Shown piece by piece: positions 1-10,177 of a stretch of 32,051 bases of DNA. This DNA comes from Dehalococcoidia bacterium. GTDB taxonomy: Bacteria > Chloroflexota > Dehalococcoidia > DSTF01 > RBG-16-68-14. Within the stretch, counting starts at the first letter, position 1; every line of letters starts with the position of its first letter. Where the stretch lies: the NCBI GenBank assembly GCA_040882355.1, contig JBBEBM010000033.1, positions 1 through 32,051 of the forward strand, written 5' to 3'. A program made the translations under genes and the position numbers. The notes below the pieces were generated by a model. The model worked only from the letters and a program-made list of their open reading frames with translations, was not told the DNA's origin and made no database searches.

Positions 1-23
1 TAGCCCATCGCCCTTCGCCCATC

Positions 24-55
24 TGTTATAGTACCCTTCACACCCTGACAAGGAG
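24..55 (+). promoter_or_regulatory. Putative extended -10 promoter (TGtTATAGT) and Shine-Dalgarno (AAGGAG) of the Eis-like gene
   Basis: TG at 24-25, TATAGT at 27-32, AAGGAG at 50-55, GTG start at 65. Confidence 0.55.
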
Positions 56-64
56 AGACGAGCC

Positions 65-1291
65 GTGAGCTTCCAGATCCGTCCCATCACGCCCGAGGAG
101 TTCGAGCCGTTCGCGAGGGCGAACGCGGCTGGCTTTAGCAACGACCTCTGGCTGGCGCACATGGACGGACCGCCCAGCTACTTCGAGTGCGACCGCTCGC
201 TCGGGGTGCTGGACGGCGAGGAGTTCGTCGGCACGACGAGCATCTTCTCGTTCGACACGACGGTGCCGGGCGGAGGCGCGCTGCCGACGGCGGGCGTCAC
301 CTGGGTCTCGGTGAAACCGACGCACCGTCGCCAGGGCATCCTGGGCCAGATGATGCGCCGCCAGCTCGTCCACGTGCGGGAGCGCGGCGAGCCGATTGCC
401 TCGCTGTGGGCGTCGGAGAGCATCATCTACGGCCGCTTCGGCTACGGGCTCGCCGCCGACACGCTCGACCTCGAGGTCGAGCGGCTGCGCGCGAGCTTCG
501 CCCACGAGCCGCCGTCGTCCGGGCGCGTGCGGATGATCGACCGCGACGGGGCGCTCGCCTCGTGGCCCGCCGTCTACGACGCGGTGCGCGCCCAGCACCC
601 CGGCCTCCACAGCCGGAGCGAGGCGTGGTGGAAGGACAAGACGCTGCCGGAGAAGGACATACCCGGGGGCGGCGGTTTCACCGGCCGCTTCTTCGTCCAG
701 TACGAAGAAGACGACCGTCCACTGGGCTACGCTCGCTATCGGGTGCGGCACGCCGGCGAGAACGGCCTCGCGAACGGCACGCTGGCGGTGCAGGAGCTGA
801 TGGCCGCGACCGACGGCGCCTACGCGGCGCTCTGGCGCTACCTGTTCGGCGTCGACCTGATCGGGACCGTGCAGGCGCGCCTTCGCCGCAGCGACGAGCC
901 GCTGCGCTACATGCTCGCCGACCCTCGCCGCCTCATTCGCCGTCCCGCCGACAGCCTCTGGGTGCGGATCATCGACCCGGTCGTCGCGCTCGAAGGCCGT
1001 CGCTACGCCAGCGAGGGACGCCTCGTGCTGGACGTGCGCGACGCGTTCTGCCCGTGGGTCGAGGGACGCTACGAGTTGGAGGGCGGGCCCGCCGGCGCGA
1101 CCTGCCGGACGACGACCGCCGAGCCGGACGTGTCGTTGAGCGCCGCCGACCTGGGCGCGGCGTACCTGGGCGGGACGCGCTTCGGCACGCTGCAACGCGC
1201 GGGACGCGTCGAGGGCGACTCGAAGGCCGTCCATCGCGCCGACGCGATGTTCGCCTGGGACCCGCTGCCGTGGTGCCCGGAGGTATTCTAG
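65..1291 (+). CDS. eis: Eis (enhanced intracellular survival)-family GNAT N-acetyltransferase with C-terminal SCP2-like domain
   Basis: 408 aa; acetyl-CoA motif VSVKPTHRRQG, LWASESIIYGRFGYG, LWVRIID, LGAAYLGG and a C-terminal W-C-P-x-x-F end typical of the Eis family. Confidence 0.9.
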   Translation: MSFQIRPITPEEFEPFARANAAGFSNDLWLAHMDGPPSYFECDRSLGVLDGEEFVGTTSIFSFDTTVPGGGALPTAGVTWVSVKPTHRRQGILGQMMRRQLVHVRERGEPIASLWASESIIYGRFGYGLAADTLDLEVERLRASFAHEPPSSGRVRMIDRDGALASWPAVYDAVRAQHPGLHSRSEAWWKDKTLPEKDIPGGGGFTGRFFVQYEEDDRPLGYARYRVRHAGENGLANGTLAVQELMAATDGAYAALWRYLFGVDLIGTVQARLRRSDEPLRYMLADPRRLIRRPADSLWVRIIDPVVALEGRRYASEGRLVLDVRDAFCPWVEGRYELEGGPAGATCRTTTAEPDVSLSAADLGAAYLGGTRFGTLQRAGRVEGDSKAVHRADAMFAWDPLPWCPEVF

Positions 1292-1382
1292 GGAGTCCGC
1301 CTGCGGCGGGCGACTCACCCAGACAACTCACATAGCGATGTTTGTCCTTCCCACCCGCCCGCCCAGAAGAGTAAATGCGACT

Positions 1383-1433
1383 GGGGGACACCCCCAGACC
1401 CCGGCAGCGGGGCTCCGCCCCTCTGCACTCCCC
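1383..1433. repeat. Intergenic palindromic dispersed-repeat-like element (GGGGGACACCCCCAGACCCC...GGGGCTCCGCCCCTCTGCACTCCCC)
   Basis: Nested inverted repeats GGGGG-ACA-CCCCC and GGGGC-TCC-GCCCC in a non-coding gap; resembles dispersed repeats of GC-rich bacteria; single copy in this window. Confidence 0.55.
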
Positions 1434-1494
1434 GTAAGCACTCGATTCGCGAAGTCTCGGACAAGTCGACCCGAGGTCGCAGGAACGGAGCTCA

Positions 1495-1848
1495 ATGATC
1501 GATACCGCCCTCGCCGAAGCCGACTACTGCTACCTGACGACGACGGGTCGGGTGAGCGGGAAGCCGCACGAGATCGAGATCTGGTTCGGGCTGCGCGGCG
1601 ACACCCTCTACATGCTCTCGGGCGGGGGCACGCGCGCCGACTGGGTGCGCAACATCAAGAAGGCGCCTGCCGTCAAGGTTCGCATCGGCGAGACGACGTT
1701 CGCGGGCACGGCGCGCATCATCGAGGGGACGGAGGAGGACGAGACAGCGCGCAGCTTGCTCGTCGAGAAGTACAGCCCGGGCTACAGCGGCGACCTCTCC
1801 GGCTGGCGCCGGACGGCGCTGCCGGTGGCCGTCGACCTCGGAGGCTAG
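1495..1848 (+). CDS. Deazaflavin (F420)-dependent oxidoreductase, nitroreductase/DDN family
   Basis: 117 aa; YLTTTGRVSGKPHEIEIWF and ADWVRNI...PAVKVRIG motifs. Confidence 0.85.
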   Translation: MIDTALAEADYCYLTTTGRVSGKPHEIEIWFGLRGDTLYMLSGGGTRADWVRNIKKAPAVKVRIGETTFAGTARIIEGTEEDETARSLLVEKYSPGYSGDLSGWRRTALPVAVDLGG

Positions 1849-2051
1849 CGCGCGCCGGGCTTCAGCTCGCCCAGCAGCCGGCGTGAGGTCTCGCTGATCT
1901 CGTCGACGGCGCGGTCGAAGGCGTCAGTGTTGGCGCGCGACGGCTGGCGGTAGCCGCTGATCTTGCGCACGAACTGCAGCGCCGCCGCCGCGACTTCATC
2001 GTCGCCGGCGACCTCGTCGGCGCGCCTTAGCTGCTTGATGCTGCGGCACAT
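1845..2051 (-). CDS. DUF2277-family small protein
   Basis: 68 aa; MCRSIKQL...AAALQFVRKISGYRQPSRANTDAFDRAV signature; extended -10 TGCTACCAT 6 nt upstream of the ATG. Confidence 0.85.
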   Translation of the reverse strand: MCRSIKQLRRADEVAGDDEVAAAALQFVRKISGYRQPSRANTDAFDRAVDEISETSRRLLGELKPGAR

Positions 2052-2093
2052 GCCCCGATGGTAGCACGAGCCGGAGCGCCGGAGGAGCGGCTG

Positions 2094-2384
2094 CTAGTCG
2101 TCGCCGCGCCAGCCGAGACGGGTCGTCACCCGGAGATCCCCCTGCTTGGTAGGTGAAGCGACCTGCCTGGCCAGATCTTCGGCCTGACGCTCAACCGAGG
2201 GCCGCTCCAGCGTACGCTTGGCATCGTACGTGCGACGCAGGTCCTCGTTCCCCAGTACTTCATACGCCTGGTTCAGCTCCGCCACACGTTTCGGCGAAGC
2301 GCCGAAGGCGGCGCGCCAGTAGGCGGCCTCGATCTCTTTGAAACTGGCGTTTGGCGCAACGCCGATGACGCGATAGTAGTCCAA
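2094..2384 (-). CDS. J-domain-like protein 1 (HPD motif absent), C-terminal RLGW
   Basis: DYYRVIGV..AS..EI..AYWR..A / ELNQAYEVLGNEDLRRTYD matches J-domain helices I-IV; start placed at TTG 2384 behind GAAGGGAG (ORF track starts at 2402). Confidence 0.75.
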   Translation of the reverse strand: MDYYRVIGVAPNASFKEIEAAYWRAAFGASPKRVAELNQAYEVLGNEDLRRTYDAKRTLERPSVERQAEDLARQVASPTKQGDLRVTTRLGWRGDD

Positions 2385-2606
2385 CGCGATACTCCCTTCC
2401 AATGTGGATCATCTCGCAGTGACGGACGCCATGAGCCCGCCGCCGTCGAGGACCTGGCGCAGGCGTGGCAGTGTTGCCGTGGGTGGTGGTCTGGTGCGTG
2501 AAGTGCGGTAGTGCGCGCCTGCGTCGCAGGCAGGGCAACGGTCCGTCCCGCCGGGCGGCCGCTCGCCTCTAGGTCTCCATACGTTGGGCGCACGTGGGAG
2601 CGACCT

Positions 2607-2626
2607 CCTACCGTACTACCTTCGGC
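2607..2626 (-). promoter_or_regulatory. Conserved upstream element copy A (GCCGAAGGTAGTACGGTAGG), possible alternative-sigma -10 region
   Basis: 15/20 identical to 3348-3367; both lie upstream of a J-like paralog. Confidence 0.4.
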
Positions 2627-2658
2627 TGATGCGCGGAGATCTGTCGCCACGGAGGCGA

Positions 2659-3225
2659 CTACATCGCCTTCGGCCAGCCGAGGCGCCTGGTGAAGCTGAG
2701 CGAGTCGTCCGGCTCCTCGACTTGCACGTTCGCCTGAGTCTTTCGCTCCGAGGGCGCGGGCTCGGGGTTGGCCTGCGCCATCAACGGGGCCGGGGACACG
2801 TCCGCCGGCGCAGTGCGGGGCTCCTCGCGTGCGAGCTCAGCCTTCGCCTTGTGGGGTGACCCAGCGGGCGCTGGCTCAGCCCGGGCTGGTCCGTTTGACG
2901 GCTCAGGACCCGCTACTCCGACCTGCTGCTCAGCTTCGACGCGGTCCGCCGGCTGGAGCTGCGCCATCACTGGTGTCGGCGGTGCGCTTACCGGCTCCGG
3001 GCGAGGCTCCACCACGTGGCCAGCGTCCGCCCACTGGGCATCATACGCGCGCCGCCGCTCCTCGTTGTTTAGCGCTTCGTAAGCCTTGTTCAGCTCGGCG
3101 CGCTGCTCATCGGTGGCGGCGCCTCGCGCCAAACGCCAGTAGCCGGCTCCGATCTCCCGGAAGTCGGCGCTGTGCGGCACCTCGAGAACCTCGTAGTAGT
3201 CCGCGTTGTTCACCTTCAGTGCCAA
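2659..3225 (-). CDS. J-domain-like protein 2 (HPD absent) with Pro/Ala-rich linker and C-terminal RRLGWP
   Basis: DYYEVLEV..AD.REI..GYWRLA / ELNKAYEALNNEERRRAYD; start likely TTG 3225 after GGAGG (ORF track starts at 3237). Confidence 0.75.
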   Translation of the reverse strand: MALKVNNADYYEVLEVPHSADFREIGAGYWRLARGAATDEQRAELNKAYEALNNEERRRAYDAQWADAGHVVEPRPEPVSAPPTPVMAQLQPADRVEAEQQVGVAGPEPSNGPARAEPAPAGSPHKAKAELAREEPRTAPADVSPAPLMAQANPEPAPSERKTQANVQVEEPDDSLSFTRRLGWPKAM

Positions 3226-3347
3226 TGGATCCTCCAAACTGGGGCGGGGGTGAGGTGCTCTCTAGGCAGCGCCACGACTTGCCCTTGCCGGCCCTGCCGC
3301 CCCGTCGCCGCCTCCACGCACACGGCGGAGGTCGTCGCCTTCAGTTC

Positions 3348-3367
3348 CCTACCTAAGTAGCATCGGC
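3348..3367 (-). promoter_or_regulatory. Conserved upstream element copy B (GCCGATGCTACTTAGGTAGG)
   Basis: 15/20 identical to 2607-2626; GCCGAT resembles the sigma28-family -10 box. Confidence 0.4.
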
Positions 3368-3407
3368 AGGCGGGCCGCTAATCCGCTGCGCGTCCGGAGC
3401 GCGGCTG

Positions 3408-3719
3408 TCAGACGCTGGGCCAGCCGAGACGGGCCATGAGGCCGCCAACCCCGCCGGACTGAACGGTGAGCGTCTCGGCCTGGCTCTCGATGGAGGGCCC
3501 GATGAGAGCGCGCTGGGCGTCGTAGGCCCGGCGACGCGCTTCGTCGCCCAGCACCTCGTAGGCCTCGTTCAGCTCGGCGACGCGCTCGCCGGGTGCGGCG
3601 AAGGCGAGGCGCCAGTACGCCGTCTCGATCTCCCGATAGGCGGCGGTGGGCGCAACACCCAGGGCGCTGTAGTGGTCTGGCAGGGCCGGCCTGCGGCCAT
3701 TCTTGGTGGGTATGCTCAT
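3408..3719 (-). CDS. J-domain-like protein 3 (HPD absent), C-terminal RLGWP
   Basis: DHYSALGV...A.YREIETAYWRLA / ELNEAYEVLGDEARRRAYD; ATG at 3719 avoids overlap with the upstream SDR gene; 103 aa. Confidence 0.75.
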   Translation of the reverse strand: MSIPTKNGRRPALPDHYSALGVAPTAAYREIETAYWRLAFAAPGERVAELNEAYEVLGDEARRRAYDAQRALIGPSIESQAETLTVQSGGVGGLMARLGWPSV

Positions 3720-3753
3720 CGCCCTATCCAACGAAGGGAACGTCGAGGGCGTT

Positions 3754-4756
3754 TCAGTCCAGCGCTGCGAGCGCCGCATCCTCCGCCGCGTAGTCGAACC
3801 ACTCCGGCTTGCCCGTGGGGCGGTGAGCGCGCTCCCACTCGATGGCGCGGCGGAGCCCTTCGTCCCGTGAGACAGCCGCCGCGTGGCCCAGCTCATCGCG
3901 GATGCGGGTGGTGTCGCAGACCAGGTCCTGCGCGTAGTCGCCACCGGGCGGCGTCAGGTGCCCGGGCAGGCGCTCACGCGGCAGCGCCACGACACGCCCA
4001 GCCCGCGGCGCGGCCCAGCGACTCGACCCACCCGGCATAGGTGAGGGCTTCCGCGTCACCGACGTTGTAGACGCGGCCCGCCGCGCGCTCGTCCGTCGTC
4101 GCCAACGCAATCGCCGCCGCGACGTCCCCGACGTAACCGCGCGTCCAGCGCCTGCGCGCCACGTCATCCGCGAGCACGATCGCCGGGCGGCCGTCGTCCA
4201 TCCGTTTCAGATCGATGAAGAGCCGGTGCTGGTAATCGGCAGGGCCGTAGACCATCGGCAGGCGGAGCACGGTGCCCGCTACGTCCGGGCTGCTCATCAC
4301 CGCGCGCTCGACGAGGAGCTTCTCGTAGTCGTCCAGTCCGCGCCCCTCGCCTCGATACGGGTAGAGGCGCTCGCGCAGCGGGGCGTCTTCGGTGAGGGGG
4401 ACTGGTTCCGGCGGGCCGGGCTCCGTGCCGTGGAAGCGCCCGTACGCGCGGTAGACGTCCATGCTGCTGACGGCGACGATCCGCAGGGGGACGCCGCGGA
4501 CGGCATCCAGGGCGATACGCGCCTCACCTTCGGTGTACGCCGCCATGTCGAGGGCCACGTCCGGCCCGAAGCGCCGGACCGCATCGCGGAGGTCCGGTAG
4601 GCGCGCGCGGGCGCCGTGCAGGTGCTCGACTTCCGATGGCAGGCCGGCCTCGGTCTCGCCTCGATGGAAGACAGCGATGCTATGGCCGAGCCCGACCAGC
4701 CTTCGAACAACCGGCGGGCCGATGAAGCGAGTGCCTCCGATAACGAGGATGCGCAT
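3754..4756 (-). pseudogene. NAD-dependent epimerase/dehydratase (atypical SDR), split by an apparent frameshift near 3997
   Basis: MRILVIGGTRFIG Rossmann start at 4756, plus SSMDVY, YEK, LRLPMVYGP and YNVG; the expected C-terminus (RVVALP...DTTRIRDELG...AIEWER) is in another frame (track ORF 3754-4167). Could be an assembly error. Confidence 0.8.
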
Positions 4757-4830
4757 GGCGGATGCATGGTAGCGCGGCCTCGACCATGCCGGCGGGGTAG
4801 GCGAAGCCGCCCTGCGGTACCGCGACGTAT

Positions 4831-4873
4831 CTTGACAGCTTGCTTCCCTTGACAGAATATGCTGTGCTATTAT
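4831..4873 (+). promoter_or_regulatory. rpsA promoter region: two CTTGACAG copies and extended -10 TGcTATTAT
   Basis: TTGACA at 4832-4837 and 4849-4854; TG 4865-4866 plus TATTAT 4868-4873; AT-rich island between divergent genes. Confidence 0.55.
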
Positions 4874-4964
4874 GGCGAAGCTGCCCCGGCTTTGATCCGA
4901 CGTACCCCCCGTCACGGCAGGCGAGCCGGCCGCACCCAAAGACGCCAAGGAGGACCGCGCTACG

Positions 4965-6936
4965 TTGACCACTGATTCGCAAGCTGAGACGCCGGTTGGA
5001 GGGGTCGGCGAAGAGAGCTCCGACATGGGCGCCCTGCTCGAAGGGAGTCTCGACTACAAATCCGCTGAGCGCGGCGAGATCGTTGAAGGCACCGTGATGA
5101 GCCTGGAGCGCGAGGGCGTCCTCGTCGACGTCGGCTCGAAGTCCGAGGGCATCATCCCGCGCAACGAGATGCACTCCCTGGGTCCGAACGCCTCGCTCGA
5201 GCCCGGCGAGAAGGTGCTCGTCTTCGTCATGCAGTCGGAAACGGGCGAGGGCCAGATCCTCCTGTCGATCGACAAGGCGCGCGGCGAACGCGGTTGGCGC
5301 ACGCTGCAGGACCGCTTCGAAAGCGGCGAGAGCTTCGAGGGACAGGTGACGGGCTACAACCGCGGCGGGCTGCTCGTGAACGTGGAGGGTGTGAACGCCT
5401 TTGTGCCGCTGTCGCAGCTCGTCGGGCTGCGGCCGGAACGCGGCGAGAACAACGGCGGCAACAGCCTGGCCGACGCGGTCGGGCGCACGCTGCGGCTGAA
5501 GGTGATCGAGATCAACCGCCGGCGCAACCGTGTGATCCTGTCGGAGCGGGCCGCGCTGCAAGAGTGGCGCATGATCCAGAAGGAGCGCCTGATCCAGGAG
5601 CTGCGCGAGGGCGACATCCGGCGCGGCCGGATCAGCAGCGTGCGCAACTTCGGCGTTTTCGTCGACCTGGGTGGCGCGGACGGCCTCGCGCATCTCTCCG
5701 AGCTTTCGTGGGAGCGTGACAAGTCGCCGATGGAGCTCTTCAAGGTAGGCGACGAGGTCGACGTCTTCGTGACCAAGGTCGACCCGGAAAACAAGAAGAT
5801 CGCCCTGAGCCTGCGGCTGGCTAACCCGGGGCGGTGGGACGAAGTCGTTTCCAAGTACCAGGAGGGGCAGGTGGTGCCGGGCCTGGTGACGAAGGTCGTC
5901 ACGTTCGGTGCGTTCGCGCGCATCGAAGGTCCTGTCGAGGGCCTGATCCACGTCTCGGAGCTCGTCGACCGGCGCATCGGCCACCCGAAGGAGGTCGTGC
6001 GCGAGGGCGATCTGCTTCCGCTGAAGATCGTGCGCATCGAGCGCGACCGGCACCGGCTGGGGCTAAGCCTGCGTCGCGGACGCGAAGACGGCGAGACGAT
6101 GGGCTTCGTGTTCACCGACGGCGGTGAGGTGCTCTCCGTGCCGGACGACATCCGCAAAGAGTTCGAGGAGCGCGAAGGGCCGATCTCGCAGCTCACGCGG
6201 ACCTTTGAAGAAGAGCAACCCGCCGCGGCCGTATCCGAAAGGCCGCCGACGGCTGTGGAACAAGCTGCCCCTGAAGCCGCGGCCCCCATACTGGAAGCGC
6301 CCGCCGCCGAGGTCGCGCCAGCCGTCGAGGTGCGGGAAGAGCCGGCGTCCGCTATGCAAGAAGCGTTCGCTCAGGCTGGAGCGCTGGCGACTGAGGAGCG
6401 GAGCGCAGAAACCGATGCGGCTCCTGAGGCCGTTGCCGGGGCTGAGGTCGAGGCCGATGCCGCCACGGACGAGGCTGCCGCTCCCGCCGTCGCGGAGGCG
6501 ACGGCCGATTACGAGGAGCCGGCCGNNNNNNNNNNNNNNNNNNNNNNNNNNNNNNNNNNNNNNNNNNNNNNNNNNNNNNNNNNNNNNNNNNNNNNNNNNN
6601 NNNNNNNNNNNNNNNNNNNNNNNNNTCGCGCAGGCTGCGGCCGACAACGAGGAGCCGGCCGTCGCGCAGGCTGCGGCCGACAACGAGGAGCCGGCCGTCG
6701 CGCAGGCTGCGGCCGATCACGAGGGGGGTCCGATCGCAGCAGCGGTCGATGGGCCGCCTCCGGAGCTGATGGAATCACCACCCGAACCTGTGCCCGCTGC
6801 GGAGGCGCCTGAGGGCGCAATCGCGAGCGACGAAGCTGCCGGCGAGACAGCGGCTGAAGAGCCGGACGCAGTGCCGGTCGCCGAGGCCTCCGGGCAAGCC
6901 GGAGGCGAGGAGGGAGAGGAGGCTCAAACCCTGTAA
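4965..6936 (+). CDS. rpsA: 30S ribosomal protein S1 (four S1 domains) with a long acidic Ala/Glu/Pro C-terminal extension; spans a 100-N gap
   Basis: VLVDVGSKSEGII, NRGGLLV, FGVFVDLGGADGLAHLSELSW and FGAFARIEGPVEGLIHVSEL S1 repeats; SD AAGGAGG before TTG; after the gap the same 12-aa repeat continues in the 6124-6936 frame to TAA. Confidence 0.9.
6490..6724 (+). repeat. 36-bp coding tandem repeat (VAQAAADNEEPA)n in the S1 tail, flanking an assembly gap
   Basis: Unit TCGCGCAGGCTGCGGCCGACAACGAGGAGCCGGCCG at 6626 and 6662, partial copy at 6698, degenerate copy at ~6490-6525. Confidence 0.85.
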
Positions 6937-7017
6937 CCGTAGGCAGCGCTCCAGCGTTCTGGACTTCGCAACGAACCGTGTGATAAGGTGAAAATGGAGT
7001 TCTAGGGAGTTGTTTTG

Positions 7018-9486
<2,469 letters not shown>

Positions 9487-9509
9487 GCCTCAGTTCGAAC
9501 GAACACCAC

Positions 9510-9540
9510 AAGCGGCAGGTCTGAGACCTGCCGCTTTGTT
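9510..9540 (+). terminator. Hairpin after clpC (AAGCGGCAGGTC-TGA-GACCTGCCGCTT + TGTT); intrinsic terminator or REP-like palindrome
   Basis: Perfect 12-bp inverted repeat between convergent genes. Confidence 0.7.
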
Positions 9541-9553
9541 GTCACCATCGACG

Positions 9554-10062
9554 CTAGCGGGTGCCTTCGATCTCTTCGCAGTACGCGGTGCCGAATTGCA
9601 GTGTGCCGTCATCTGCAAAGTGCACGGGGAAGGACACGGTTGGTTCTCCCACTTCCAGGGCGCCCGGAGAAACGTTCTCTATGGGATCGCCGTGCTTCAC
9701 GCGGCCCTTCGCATCGCCCGCCACGATCCACCGCACCCGGCCGTCCTCAATCCGACGGACGCATCGAAGTAGCACCGCTGAACGATCCCGCCGCCGTCCT
9801 CGAACTCCACCGCATTCTCGGAGGTGAGCCGGCCGTCGGGTAGCCTCGTACCACGTTCGTGGATGAGATCGCGCGGGATGTCCCTGCCCACGAGCGCGGC
9901 CGGCCGCGTCGGGACGCGGCAGTCGCTCGGCATGCCAGTCGCCAGGCTCCAGATCGTCGGGCCGACGACGGTCGCCAACAGCGTCGCCAGGGCGAGCTTT
10001 CCAGGTTCCACGTGGCGCTCCACGAGCAGTATCGCTCGATCCCCAAGGCATTTCAAGTGCAT
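9554..10062 (-). pseudogene. Hypothetical protein, apparently frameshifted near 9753
   Basis: Third-position GC bias favours frame 9697-10188 upstream and frame 9554-10051 downstream; restoring one base gives ...YFDASV-RIEDGRVRWIVAG...; start uncertain; no family recognised. Confidence 0.4.
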
Positions 10063-10177
10063 ACGTTCGACTGAATGAAGGAGATCGACCGAGAACTCGG
10101 CGATGCGCGCTTGTTCTCTCTGACGAGGCTTTGGGTGTATACTACGCGAGCGGGGCGGGCTGGCGCGGGAGCGTTCG

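Noticed and set aside
38..1335. Long alternative ORFs 38-1318 (-) and 187-1335 (+)
   Set aside because: GC-rich shadow frames over the clearly recognisable Eis gene; the same applies to shadows over rpsA, clpC, the binding protein, tig, clpP and clpX
2403..2418. CRP/FNR-like site TGTGG-N6-TCGCA upstream of J-like gene 1
   Set aside because: Two mismatches to TGTGA-N6-TCACA, a single occurrence, and not shared by the paralogs
3720..3944. N-terminal extension of J-like gene 3 in the ORF track
   Set aside because: It overlaps the SDR C-terminal coding region and has no protein-like character; ATG 3719 gives a size matching paralog 1
4757..5026. N-terminal 90 codons of track ORF 3974-5026
   Set aside because: They cross the rpsA promoter and start; the Rossmann motif begins at ATG 4756, which has its own -10 box
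6626..6724. 36-bp repeats as a possible CRISPR array
   Set aside because: The units are directly adjacent with no spacers, are a multiple of 3, lie in frame within rpsA, and no cas genes are present
6626..6812. Apparent S1 C-terminus RAGCGRQRGAGRR... in track ORF 4965-6812
   Set aside because: Frame artefact of the 100-N placeholder; the repeat before the gap continues in the frame ending at 6936
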